NCBI RefSeq assembly: GCF_006345805.1
Contig: NC_043004.1
Location: forward strand, 25,420,001-25,484,000
Direction of reading: 5' to 3'
From: Octopus sinensis
Lineage: Eukaryota
DNA: 64,000 bases
A model generated the notes under the pieces. That model made no database searches. It was not told the origin of the DNA and saw nothing but the letters and a program-made list of their open reading frames with translations. Positions 51,976-64,000 of the stretch are shown here, one piece after another (the first letter of the stretch is position 1; every line of letters starts with the position of its first letter). The position numbers and the translations under genes were made by a program.

Positions 51976-52752
51976 CTACTTTTTTGTCCATACACAAGCA
52001 TGTTTAGTTAAGTGACTATTTTGAGAGAATGATCTACCACAAATATTACAGTGATATGGTTTTTCTCCTGTATGAATACGTTTGTGTTTAGTTACATCAC
52101 TGTTTTGAAGAAATGATTTACCACAGACATCACATTGATATGGTTTCTCTCCTGTATGAATACGTTTGTGAGTCATTAAAGTACTATTTACAGCAAATGA
52201 TTTGCCACAGATATCACAGTGATATGGTCTCTCACCTGTATGAACACGTATGTGAGTAGTTAACTCATCATTTCGATAAAATGATTTACCACAGACATTA
52301 CAATGATATGGCTTCTCACCTGTATGAATGCGTTTGTGAACAGTTAACTCATTTCGAGAGAATGACTTACAACAGATATAACACTGATATGGTTTTTCTC
52401 CAGTATGAATGCGTTTGTGAGTAGTAAGATTACCTTTCTGAGAGAATGACTTTTTACAGATATCACAGTGATATGGTGCCTCTCCTGTATGAATACGTTT
52501 GTGTGTAGTTACATCACTACTTCCAGAGAAGGATTTACCACAGACATCACACTGATATGGTTTTTCTCCTGTATGAATACGTTTGTGAGTAGTCAGGTTA
52601 CATTTTAGAGAGAATGATTTACCACAGATATCACAGTGATGTGGTTTATCTCCTGAATGAATACGTTTGTGGGTAGTTAGGTTACCTCTTTGAGAGAATG
52701 ATTTATCACAAATATCACAGTGATATGATGATTTTCCCAACTCATTCGGCAT
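51976..52752 (-). CDS. Tandem C2H2 (Kruppel-type) zinc-finger protein, 258 aa, 8 complete fingers + 1 degenerate terminal finger
   Basis: Repeating CxxC-x12-HxxxH units with TGEKP linkers. First in-frame ATG after upstream stops is at 52752. Likely splice acceptor (ttatttcag) at 53167 opens this exon. No KRAB, SCAN or BTB domain is visible. Confidence 0.92.
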   Translation of the reverse strand: MPNELGKSSYHCDICDKSFSQRGNLTTHKRIHSGDKPHHCDICGKSFSLKCNLTTHKRIHTGEKPYQCDVCGKSFSGSSDVTTHKRIHTGEAPYHCDICKKSFSQKGNLTTHKRIHTGEKPYQCYICCKSFSRNELTVHKRIHTGEKPYHCNVCGKSFYRNDELTTHIRVHTGERPYHCDICGKSFAVNSTLMTHKRIHTGEKPYQCDVCGKSFLQNSDVTKHKRIHTGEKPYHCNICGRSFSQNSHLTKHACVWTKK

Positions 52753-53454
52753 CTCTTCAGGAAACAAAATCAATTTCTAAGTTACACAGAGTATTCACTT
52801 GTCCATAATTTTTTTTGTCTCATTACAATAAATAATTAATTTTCTTGTTTTTTTAACGGTTGTATTTACTTTTCTATAGTTACATCATATGTGACCTGTG
52901 TCAATACCTGAAGATGCTGCAAACTTCTTTGTAAATTTATCCAAGTTAAATTGCAATCAAAATCATCTTGTACTCATTCCAAGCAGTAGAGAATTGATGA
53001 CAATAATTGCAGTTCAAACAAAATATTTCACAGTAATTCTACCATAGATTTATATAACTTGGGTTATATTTGTTATACACAGCATCTTCCTTCAGTTTGT
53101 AAAAGATGATAAATATGGACGATAATGTATCCCATGTAAAATGTTGTAATAATGCCATCTGATATTCTGAAATAAATGAGAAATAGTGTAAGATATAGAA
53201 GATACTTAAAATGTAGAGATTCGACGAAATATTTTACTATATTCATATATAAACATTAACTGAATTCAATATATCCCACTCTTCTCATGATGAACAAGAA
53301 AGATTGAAAAGTAAGGAGACAAATATATAAATAATATATAAAATATATAAAAATATATAAAAGTAAAACATAGTGGAAAGTGTAGAATTATTAAAGTAAA
53401 CAATAACAATGAGTAGAATGAAAATAAACAGACCAAATGAAAAGAAATAGAATG

Positions 53455-53805
53455 CTTCTACTGCAGTTGCCTTACTACAAAGATAGCATCACTAGTGCTT
53501 CTCCCTGGCACAAAACCAAATTGCATCTCATCTAGGTTAACTCTCTTCCATAGTTGAACAATGACCCTTTCTCTAACTTTCATCACCTGGTCCAGCAATA
53601 CACCTCTGTAATTACTTCTGTCCAAGGCTCCCTTTACTTTCATAGCAGTTGACAACAATACTGCTACAACAGTTGTTGGATATGACCTTCTCCTGGATAA
53701 CCTGATTAATTATGTGGGCAACTAAACGACATCCCACTCCACAAGATACTTTAAGCATCTCAGCAGTAATTTCTGATAGGTAAGGGACCTTCTTCTGGCC
53801 CATCA
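53455..53805 (-). mobile_element. RTE-like RT fragment (probably in the ZNF intron)
   Basis: KGALDRSNYRG...MQFGFVPGRSTSDAIFVVRQLQ. Confidence 0.8.
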
Positions 53806-54190
53806 GTAATTATTGCTTACAAGAGAAGGAAAGGGTGAGAGTATGTTGAGATGATATATATATATATATATATCCCAACATACACAAACATCCATACAGA
53901 CATATACATATATACAGACAAATGTACATACAAATATATATACATACACACACTATATATAGATAGATAGATATGAAAATTACATATAGAAATATTCCAT
54001 TGACATTCAATAATTTATTTATATTACAATTTTACATTAAATGCTATGAATATAATATAAATAATTATAAAAACCATAAAAGGCCAACAAATTGTTTCGA
54101 CATATATATTTTTTCTAATCACAGTTCAAATTATATATAAGTCACTTTTACAATCCGGCCATCCTTCCCAGACCGTGTTTGGTTTCTTTC

Positions 54191-54278
54191 TTTCCCTGAT
54201 GAGATGATTGCATTGTTTTACATCATTTTATACTTTCTGGAATAATACCAATGTTTTCTTCGAAACATATGTCGGAAG
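54191..54278 (+). ncRNA. Minimal type I hammerhead ribozyme, Penelope type, canonical core
   Basis: tttcc CTGATGA [ga..cattg..caatg..tc] GAAA catat GTC ggaag; palindromic stem III ACATATGT; cleavage after 54273. Confidence 0.7.
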
Positions 54279-54462
54279 TAAAAAAATCTGAATAGCACCT
54301 GCGTTTAACTCCATTCATTTATTTATTTATTTATTTCTCTCTCTTTCTCTCTATCTCTCTCTATCTCTGTATATATATATATAATTTGTTTGTTGGGTTT
54401 TTTTCCATTTCTGATTTATATTTATGTGTGTGTGTGTGGTGTGTGTGTGTGTGTGTGTGTAT

Positions 54463-54682
54463 ATATTTCTTTACTACCACAAGAGGCTAAAGACAGAGGA
54501 CAAACAAAGGGATTAAGTCAATTACATCAACCCCATTGTGTAACTGGTACTTATTTAATCGACCCCGAAAGGATGAAAGGCAAAGTCGACCTCGGCGGAA
54601 TTTGAACTCAGAATGCAGCAGCAGACGAAATACCGCTTAGCATTTCGCCTGGTGTGCTAACGTTTCTGCCAGCTCGCCGCCT
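54463..54682 (-). mobile_element. SINE family 2, full length
   Basis: Matches 49263..49492. Confidence 0.8.
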
Positions 54683-54755
54683 TAATATATATATGTATTA
54701 ATATATATGTATATATATGTATGTGTGTGTGTATATATATATATATGTGTGTGTG

Positions 54756-54809
<54 letters not shown>

Positions 54810-55990
54810 ATGGCTTCTGTAGAACCACTGAGCAGATAGAAAGAAAAATGAATTCTCCCAATACTATGCCCTTATTAGATCACACATTGATACTCTTAAT
54901 GTCATCATGGAAAACTACTGTGGCAAGGCTGATAAGGATAGGGAAAGCAAAGTAAAAATCAAAAGTCTCTTTGATCCAGTGGTTCCTCAAAAGAATGGAT
55001 CCCCCACCCCTGTGAACAACCAGGATAGGGAAGCAAAGGAAGCAACAACCAGAAGGCCTTCTGTGCCAGTGGTCCTACAAAGGAATGGAGTCCTCACCCC
55101 ATTGGACAACCAGAGGAATGCAAGTGCTACCACCAGAAAAGAAGGAAAGAACATGAGCACAAACAGGGGAGAAAAAAGAAAAGGAAAAAAATGAAATAAC
55201 TAAAACTGAAACCCCAAACCACAAAACAAAAAACAGAAAACTCAAATAGGGAGGCTCTGATGGAATCCAAAACCCTAGAGCAGAGAAGAAATTTGGAGTG
55301 AACTCAAGGACCTGCAAAGCAAATCTTGGCATGGGAAGATGGTACAAACTGCCAGTTTGTTCACCCAAGATACTGCCAAAACTAGAAGGGCCTTAAGGAG
55401 AAATACTTCCATGAGGAAAGGCACCAATTTCCTCCACAGAAAATACATACAAATGCAGTGTGCTCTTCAGATGTTATGTGCAAGGCAACAGCTGAGCAAG
55501 AGTCTTTTTTGTGCATGGTGCAAAAGTTTGTGCAGCAGTTGACCTGGCTACATCAAGTGCAAACAAGGAACCTTGCCCGCCACAATCAACAGACACGAGA
55601 TGGCTTCCCCTAATGTCTGCACAGTTGTCATGCCAATATTTTTACTAAATATTGGGGGCCTGTTGCATCACAATAAAAGCAAAATTTTTTTCCTGAGAGA
55701 CCTTGCTGCATGCAATCAAGCCCTATGCATAGCACTTGTGGAAACTCATCTGATATAGAGGATGCTGAAGTACACATACCAAAATATACCATACTGCAAA
55801 CAGACAGAAGAGAAAGGAGCCATGGTGGAGTTGCTGTATACATCCGTGAAGACCTCACACCCCAGGTCATATAGTCATACTGAAATTCAATATGTGACAC
55901 TCTAATTGTATACATAAGACAAAACAATATAATCATATGCAATGCATATCACCCACCAGATGCTCCAAACCACATAAGCAAGTTTGAAGT
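54810..55990 (+). mobile_element. CR1/Jockey-like LINE 5' fragment (ORF1 remnant + AP endonuclease)
   Basis: LLNIGGL...IALVETHL...YTILQTDRRERSHGGVAVYI...YHPP. Confidence 0.7.
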
Positions 55991-56476
55991 TGCAATGTTT
56001 TCTCTCTCTCTCTCTCACTGCAATGTTTACAGATGGGCTGAATTGTAATCTCTAAGTTGCTTTGAGGGGAAGGTAAAAACTTCACAAATTTGGCCTCCCT
56101 CTGCTGTTGGACTACCGTGATGTTTGTTTAAAAGAGAGAAATTATGACATAAAATAAAGAAAGCAATATTTACTAAGCAAATGAGCACTATTATACAAAG
56201 ATAAGATATAAAATTCATTAGAATTGGAAATCAAATGTGAAAATATCAAGGGGCTAGTGTTATTAACGAACTTTTCCTGATAGATGGTGTAAATAACCAT
56301 TCCCCCACCTTTTTTTTTTTTTTTTTTTGCATTGTTTGATAATTGTGATTTGCTCTCACGAAAACGAATTGCTAGAACATTTAATTCAAAATACCAGTAT
56401 TTTAAAGAAAGCTACCAGGGAAAAGATTCGATAGTTGAGGGGTAAGGGGCACATAGTTCTGTAGTTTTGCCGACTT

Positions 56477-56833
56477 GGATCTTTTTGGTTTGAACGGCAG
56501 TTTTCTAGCGGTGTCATATGAAATTGTCACCCATAATTATGACCCTAGTATCGATCTATTGCATTTCAATCTCTTTTAGGGTTAGGGTATCTTTTTTTCT
56601 TCACAAATGTAAATAAACCCAATCTGTTTCTTAAATGAGGGACATATTCATACGGCACAGAATGTTTTTTTTACCTCAATAGACGTCAGTAATTGGTTGA
56701 AATTGCAGAATTTTCTCAATAAAGCCAAGAGAAAAAGATGTTTTATAAACACATTCTACCAGTATACGAAGTTTAACATTTTTTAGTTACCTAGAAATTA
56801 TGTTAAAAACTGCCGTTCAAACCGAAAAGATCC
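56477..56833. mobile_element. Merlin-like MITE A
   Basis: TIR GGATCTTTT(T/C)GGTTTGAACGGCAGTTTT; perfect 8-bp TSD gccgactt. Confidence 0.85.
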
Positions 56834-58210
56834 GCCGACTTTTGCCCAGATTTCAACGAGCGATATCTTAAATAAATCCAAAATAAAACAACGCTGGAAA
56901 TATGTAGGAAATGATTCTCAGAAAGACACAGCAGACATTTATTACAGCAACATTGAAAGAAACTTGTCTTGGAAGCTTCTAAAACAAAATAATAAAAAAT
57001 GTGCAAAAGAGTAAGGCCAGTATTAGAAAATATATCTTTTGTGCCAAATAGCCAACTGCCAATAAAGGTTTTCTATCGATTTGGAGTGAGGGTAAGGACA
57101 CAAATCATTGAAAACTGGTTCTAATTTAATCTGTTAAAATTATTTAGTGGTATTCTTTCGAAGTTAGAATTTAAGTTAATGTAATGAAGTTGTGATAATA
57201 TTTTGCAAACGTCCCAGTCAGCCCTGGGACTGACCTCAAATCTAAATACGGCCAAAAACTGTCATTTCTGAAAATATTTATAATTTAAGCATCAGAAATT
57301 AAGATTCTTCAAAAATATTTCACAAATTAATTGGCGGATTTTATTTACAAAAATAATTTTTCAAGAGATTTCGACGAATTTTTCGATGAAACATACAACT
57401 TAATGGGCTTTGACGTAACATGTTTGGATAATTGTAATCTATAATGTTTTAAAAAATTTATATGTGAAAAATAATTCGAAAATGTCAAAAGACGAAAAAT
57501 TACAGAAAATGTCAAAAGGCGAAAAATTACAGAAAGGAGGCGAAAACAAAAAAAGAATGATTTCAATTTTTTTTTTTTTTTCCGAATCATAAACTTAAAT
57601 GTTTCAAACAGTTTTGTCGAATTAATTTCCGACTTTATTTTACAAGAATCTCTTCCGAGTCAGTGGAAACACAAACACAAAAAAAAAAAAAGAAAAGAAA
57701 AGAAAGAAAGAAATTATTTTCCTTTCGTGATTTTCAGTCTGGGATGTTAGGGAAAGCACAAAATTAGTAAATTCTGTTTTAAGTTATACTGACCATTTCT
57801 TATGTCCAATGTTTTTAATGGTTAGGCCATTAAATTAAAATGACGAGGTGAGGAATAATTATCGCTGCAAATTTTCATGCGTTGTTCGTATAAAATAAAC
57901 ATTCTCAATAATATTTCGACATTGTAGACAAACACGTTATCAGAGTTCTCTAATAAGAAAATTATTTGGCAACCAAAGATCATTACCAATTTCAATACTT
58001 TTGTAAATTTTATTCGTAAAAATATGAATTACTACCGGTAAGGGGAGGTAACTCGAGCTACGATATTTTTCCATTTCCGGGTCATTTTTGGCATTTTGTT
58101 TTTCCTCACATACATGTCTGTAATTAAGTTCTCCTATAAGTAATTTGGGCGATCCTTCGGTATAGGTACACACGTGACTTTGTTTACATTTCTGAAGATA
58201 ACAGGAACCC

Positions 58211-58612
58211 GGCAATCTTTCGTCTCTAGTAGACCTTTCCGTCGATTTCCGTAAAAATTTTTTTTTTTTACATATGGGCTTGCGGGAACATTTGAAGTAA
58301 TGAGAGCGAAAGAGACTAAGAGAAAGCGATTGTATGACGAGGGAAGTTCTTTTGAAGTTACCGTCCAGGGGAAGCATTGATGTACATGTGTGTACGTGTG
58401 CGTGTGTGTTTGATGGGGTGTGGGAGACAGTATGTTGTGTAAGTGAAGTGCTTCTGTTAGTGTGTGTGAAAGAAAGAGATAACTGAAATTTTTTACTCGG
58501 TGTATGTGTATATGTATGTATATTACTTCAAAAGTTCCCGCAAGCCCATATGTAAAAAAAAAAAAAAATTACGGAAATCGACGGAAAGGTCTACTAGAGA
58601 CGAAAGATTGCC
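58211..58612. mobile_element. Merlin-like MITE C (nested in B)
   Basis: ~80-bp TIR GGCAATCTTTCGTCTCTAGTAGACC; TSD aggaaccc. Confidence 0.88.
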
Positions 58613-58622
58613 AGGAACCCTT

Positions 58623-59367
58623 GGTTAATATAGGGCGTTACGATTATCAGAAAATAAAAAAAAAAATGTGTGTAATAGGTGTAAAACAACTTCCTATGAA
58701 CGAATATGAAAAAAAAAATTCGCGCACGCGAAAGGGGGGTGGGGGAGAGGCCTCGGAAAATTCACATCGGGAAGTTCCGAAAGCGTCTGAGGGACTGTGT
58801 ACAAAAATACGGAGTTTATGATTCATGTGTGAGTGTGTGTTCTTGATACTCGTTTAGAACAAGTAGTTTTACACCAATTACACTATTTTTTCTTAGTTTA
58901 AAGGCCGTGGACTGAAGATGTGAAATTTCCGAAGCCTCTCCCCCACCCCCCTTTCGCGAGCGCGCATTTTTTTCATGATAGTCGTTTAGAGCAATTTTTT
59001 TTACACCTATTACGCTGTTTTTGTTTTCGTTTTTGTGCCCGGTTCAGACGCTTTCGGAAGTTCCCGATATAAATTTTCCGAGGCCTCTCCCCCACCCCTC
59101 TTTCGCGAGAGCGCATTTTTTTTGTCATATTCGTTTAGAGCAAGTTGTTTTACACATATTACACTATTTTTTTTTTGTTTTGGTGCCCGGGTCAGCTCCT
59201 CAGACGCTTTCGGAACTTTCCGATGTGAATTTTCCGAGGCATTTCCCCCACCCCCCTTTCGCGTGCGCGAATTTTTTTTTTCATATTCGTTCATAGGAAG
59301 TTGTTTTACACCTATTACACACATTTTTTTTTTGATTTTCTGATAATCGTAACGCCCTATATTAACC
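58623..59367. mobile_element. Merlin-like MITE D (nested in B)
   Basis: ~170-bp TIR GGTTAATATAGGGCGTTACG; internal ~125-bp repeats; TSD gaaccctt. Confidence 0.88.
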
Positions 59368-59871
59368 GAACCCTTTTCTCCCACCCCTAACCTCCCATAT
59401 ATAAAAAAAAAATACTTTCTTGAAATGTATCCGGTACTTATACCGAAGTTACGCCGTAATTTGTAGTCTACAGCAATAGAGGCACCAATCCCTAAATTCT
59501 TCCTTACGAGACATAATAGTTGTCAATTCTTTCACCCACAGCACTATGAGTAAACAACGATACACTGGAGTTGCTATGACAACAATGCCTCTAACTTTGT
59601 TAATTTTCCAAAAAAATTGGCAGTCCTTTGTTTTAACTCGGTGGCGTGCGCGCGCTACATTACGGCGTTCGGTAAATTCCGTAAAAAAACTTTTATTTAT
59701 TTATTTTGTGGGAGGATATGTTCATTTCGTTGGATGTCAGCAAAAAGTGAAAGAGAGAAAATGGAAAGAGACATGCGTATGTGTTACTGGGGGTGCGAGA
59801 CAGAAAGTGTGTTGTGTGTATATGAGAGAGAAAGAGAGAGAGAGACAGCGTACATTGTTTTTACTTATTTT

Positions 59872-60449
59872 GGATCTTTTCGGTTTGAACGGCAATTTTT
59901 TTTTATAATTTCCACGTAACTAAACACTTTTAAACTTCGTATACTGGTAGAATGTGTTTATAAAACCTTTTTCTTTTGGCTTTATTGAGAAAATTCTATG
60001 GTTTGTAAGATATTTGTTGTTTTTTTCTGCAATTTGAACCAATCAATGACGTCTATTGAAGGTGAAAACATTCTGTGCCGTATTAATATGTGGCGATGCT
60101 TCGGTATATGTACACACGTGACTTTGTTTACATTTCTGAAGATAACAGAAACCCTTTTCTCCCGCCCCTAACCCTAACGCCCCATATATTAAAAAAAAAC
60201 CACTTTTTTTAAATGTATCCGGTACTTACACCGGTACATATACCGAAGGTTCGCCGAATATGTCCCTCGTTTAAGAAACAGATTGGGTTTATTTACATTT
60301 CTGAAGAAAAAAGATACCCTTCACCCCACCCCTAACTAATCCTAACCCTAAAACAGATTGAAATGCAATAGATCGATACTAGGGTTATAATTACGGGTGA
60401 CAATTTCATATGACACCGCTAGAAAAAACTGCCGTTCAAACCGAAGAGT
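59872..60449. mobile_element. MITE A copy 2 (inverted) containing a MITE B copy at 60092..60255
   Basis: Reverse complement of 56477..56833; insert flanked by taatatgt/gaatatgt; the empty site is visible in copy 1. Confidence 0.85.
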
Positions 60450-60591
60450 TTCGAGTGATGTGGTTTGAGGGAGAGAGTGATAGCGTAAATTTTATTTACT
60501 TTTTCTAGCATCTTTTTTTAGTAAGCGTGTTTGACTGAGAGAGAGAAAGAGAGAGGTGTATTGTCAGAAAGAGAGGTATGTCTTGCTCTGT

Positions 60592-60624
<33 letters not shown>

Positions 60625-60880
60625 AGAGTGAGAAAGGAGGGGAGAGTGATAACGTAAATTTTTTTTTATTTAGTTAGTTTTTCTCGCATCTTTTACGTTT
60701 CACTCTCTCCCTCTCCCTCCCTCTCACTCACACACACGCGGAGCAAGACACACCACTCTCTCAGTCAAACAAAAGATCTAAAAACACTAAAAAAAGATGC
60801 GAGAAAAAGTAAATAAATAAAATTTACGCTATCACTCTCACTCTCAGTCAATCACTCACTCAAAAAAGATCCGAGAAATA

Positions 60881-61069
60881 TACTCTGTTACTTGTTTCAG
60901 TCATTTGACTGCGGCCATGCTGGAGCACCGCCTTTACTCGAGCAAATCGACCCCGGGACTTATTCTTGGTAAGCCCAGTACTTATTCTATCGGTCTCTTT
61001 TGCCGAACCGCTAAGTTACGGGGACGTAAACACACCAGCATCGGTTGTCAAGCAATGCTAGGGGGACAA

Positions 61070-61100
<31 letters not shown>

Positions 61101-61256
61101 CATATATACGACAGTTTCCGTCTACCAAATCCACTCACAAGGCATTGGTCGGCCCGGGGCTATAGCAGAAGACACTTGCCCAAGATGCCACGCAGTGGGA
61201 CTGAACCCATAACCATGTGGTTGGTTAGCAAGCTACTTACCACACAGCCACTCCTG
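60881..61256 (-). mobile_element. SINE family 1, near full length
   Basis: Near-identical to the 30189 copy. Confidence 0.88.
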
Positions 61257-61465
61257 GTACGTTGACACTCTCTTCCTCCCTCACACACACCTCCCCGCTC
61301 TCTCTCTCTCACACACACTAACACAGACAACACACTTTCTGTCTCGCACCCCCCACCAACACAAACACACGTCCCTGTCCATTTTCTCTCTCTTTCACTT
61401 TATGCTGACATCAAAGGAAATGTACACATCCTGTCACGAAAATAAATAAATTTTACGGAATTTAC

Positions 61466-61680
61466 ATCATCATCATCATCATTGTTCGACCGTGGTCGAG
61501 ACAATGGAATTTACCATGCTACGCCAGACTTCACGGTCCATCATGGCATTACGGAGGTCCTGTTGCTGGATGCCTGTATCCCTGGAGATTACATCAGGGT
61601 AGGAGAGTGTGCGCCCTCTGGTATTGCGAGTAGATGGCTTCCAGAGGAGAAGAGTAGAAATTACCTCTCTGTACCTTAGC
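61466..61680 (-). mobile_element. RTE-like LINE 3' end with (GAT)n tail
   Basis: LLLWKPSTRNTRGRTLSYPDVISRDTG...AMMDREVWR followed by a stop and the tail. Confidence 0.7.
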
Positions 61681-61899
61681 TGATGGATCAGCTATTCCAG
61701 TTTGGCATTTCTGCGAGTCATATCGAAGGATAGCCAAAAAATTCGTTACCAGTATTCGAAACTCCATCAAAATACATGATTTGAAAATTTTCAGATTAAA
61801 ATTTGTGGTTAGAAGAAAACAAAAATGGTTTTGAATAAAATACAATTTCAGAAGAAATGATATAATTCAAGGTTCTCTATAAACTTTCGGATCTTCAGT

Positions 61900-62430
61900 C
61901 CAGGACATGAGCTCCTCCCTCCGGTCCTCTAGCTTCTTTAAGAAGCTCTGTATTGCCCCACCCTTATGGTAGAAGATAACAAAATCATCTCTCCTCGCTC
62001 TGGGAGGGGTCACAGTTTCCTCTATCGGCAGCACACCTCCCACCGACGAGGTTTCAGGGCATGCCGCAGTGTACCATCAACCGTCGGCAATGTCCCGTTC
62101 TTTATATTTTTATTTTTTATTTTTCTCCCCTTTGCTACGTGGGGTGTAGTACCTCTGCTTTATCCGGAGGATGTTCCTTCCCCCCCCCCGCAGCTTTAGG
62201 GTCATTCGGTGGGCAACCATTGTTGCCTACCTTTCTTTTTTCTCCTTTTTTCGAGGAGGTCTCCACCTCCTCGACTGCCTCCATCTCTCCCTCCAATGGG
62301 GGGGGGGGCTGCTACTTTTATTAACTGCTCCAGGACTTTACCTTGGTCCTGGGGACAGTTCTTTTTAATGTGACCTGGTTTCAGGCACAGGCGACACTTG
62401 GTGGCGGGGGCGCCCCTCAAGAATCAACGG
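61900..62430 (-). mobile_element. Non-LTR ORF1/gag-like fragment with zinc knuckle
   Basis: CRLCLKPGHIKKNC (CX2CX4HX4C). Confidence 0.55.
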
Positions 62431-62979
62431 ATACATAGAACCGGCCATTCTAAAAAAATCTGGGAAAACCAGCTTATTGGCTGATTGGGTCCACAGGGTC
62501 AAAATCGCTTTTGACCCCACCCAATCAGCTGCAGGCTGAATTTTAACATTTAGGAGCCTGGCTCCGCTGCCACCCAGACCCCGGCAGATAGTGTCTTCGA
62601 TCCACTCGGGTTCTATCCTGGGTGGTAGCCCACAGACCCAAGCTCTTGTTAATTTCTTCCCACAATATGTGGGAAGAAACAGAATATTTTGCCCTTCTAA
62701 GGGCTACTCGCGATATTGCGAGCCTCCTCAGAGGTGTCAAATAGCAACCACACCGTTGCATACTTGACACTCCTGGCAATAAACTTAATAGTTGGCAAAA
62801 TATCTGCCAACTCTTTTTCAAGCTACTTACCACACATCCATTCCTGCGCCTATATTTATTGATGTTTTTCAGTATTTTTCTTTCCATAAACACATTTATG
62901 CTATAAAAGAAAAATTTGAAAATATATGATTTTTTTTCAACCCCACTCCCCACCGTCGATTGTTTCTGCCCCCCCCCCA

Positions 62980-63445
62980 CCTCATAACTTTTAGGAAAAT
63001 GGATATCTTTTATTGAAATTTATATAAATCCGTTTCAAGCAGCATAGATTACGATTATAAAGAAATTTGTGGGGAAAATGTTTTCCAAAGGGGTGAGGAA
63101 TTTTTTTCTCTCATAACTTATAGGAAAATGGATATCTTTTACTGAAATTTTATATAAATACCTTTCAAACAGCATAGAATACGATTATAAAGAAATTTGA
63201 GTTAATGTTTACTTTAACTCTCGGTCACAAAAAAAAAAAAAGAACAGGTGCAATAGGTGTAAAAAGAAATGTGTATTAAAGGAATATGAAAGAAAAAATT
63301 TGCACTGAGGAGTAGGGAGAGGACTTTCGGAAAAGAAAGACTTCCTCCCCTCAGAAAAAAGTGGGGTGGGAGGTACAAAAGGAAGTCTTGCCAAATACCT
63401 TTCAAATGGCATAGATTACGACTATAAAGAAATTTGTGAGGAAAT
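62980..63445. repeat. ~130-bp subterminal-type repeats (DNA transposon remnant)
   Basis: ctcataactt.taggaaaatggatatc...catagattacgattataaagaaatttg, two full copies and one partial. Confidence 0.6.
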
Positions 63446-63446
63446 T

Positions 63447-64000
63447 GGATCTTTACCTTTTGACCTACAGATTTTAAAAATAATTTTTTGCAACTAAACA
63501 CTTTCAAACTTCGGACAGTGGTAGAATGTGTCATATATAACATCTTTTACTCTTAGTATTTTTGAGAAAAACTTATATTTACGAAGTTATTTCGCGTTAA
63601 CGTTGTCCTATTTCGGTAATTTCAACCAATCAATGACGTGTATTCAGCTGAATAAAATTATTGCTGTTGTTTGTCAACAAGAACTTCCGGCGGTGCATAT
63701 TTCGTTTGTGACTGTTATTTATGACAACTCTAACCCTAAAGCCTTAAATCTAAAACCAGTACAAACGCACAAGCGATGTCATAAATAACAGTGACAAGCG
63801 AAAAATACACCGCCGATAGTTGTTGTTGACAAACAACGGCAGTAATTTTATTCAGCTGAGGACTACTTTGACGTGAAATAACTTTGTAAATATAAGTTTT
63901 TCTCAAAAATGCTAAGAGTAAAAGATGTTTTATATGACACATTCTACTAATGTCCAAAGTTTGAAAGTGTTTAGTAACAAAAAATTATTTTTTAAATCTG
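63447..64000. mobile_element. Long-TIR MITE related to MITE A (cut by window end)
   Basis: Starts GGATCTTT; ~63468-63590 is the inverted counterpart of ~63880-64000. Confidence 0.75.

Larger units (their letters stand above)
58148..59455. mobile_element. Merlin-like MITE B hosting two nested MITEs
   Basis: GGCGATCCTTCGGTATA ... TATACCGAAGTTACGCC; 8-bp TSD gtaatttg. Confidence 0.85.

Noticed and set aside
57580-58140. First exon or promoter of the ZNF gene
   Set aside because: Plausible from CpG retention, but no convincing donor site or TSS could be placed.
57940-59384. 100-145 aa ORFs mirrored on both strands
   Set aside because: Artefacts of MITE inverted repeats.
62543-62980. 145-aa ORF
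   Set aside because: Crosses a SINE remnant and unrelated fragments; no recognisable domain.

Overview
AT-rich, repeat-dense animal genomic DNA. The SINE families and the C2H2 gene style suggest an octopod cephalopod (inference). No prokaryotic features, rRNA or CRISPR were seen. Two host genes are present. (1) A 5'-incomplete + strand gene with 9 phase-compatible exons (5642-43096, about 640 codons) encoding ~13 ankyrin repeats, a Mind bomb-like final ankyrin segment, one C3HC4 RING and a C-terminal death domain. (2) A - strand tandem C2H2 zinc-finger gene (51976-52752). The rest is transposon-derived: three Gypsy LTR elements, a Tigger with a nested piggyBac, a Chapaev3-like element, RTE, R4/Dong, CR1 and Penelope fragments, a Helitron, several SINE families and a nested cluster of Merlin-like MITEs. 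The most notable signals are the ANK-RING-death domain architecture and type I hammerhead ribozymes. One hammerhead has a compensatory U3:A8 core and sits in a 302-bp terminally redundant, retrozyme-like unit. All assignments come from manual reading; no database searches were run.
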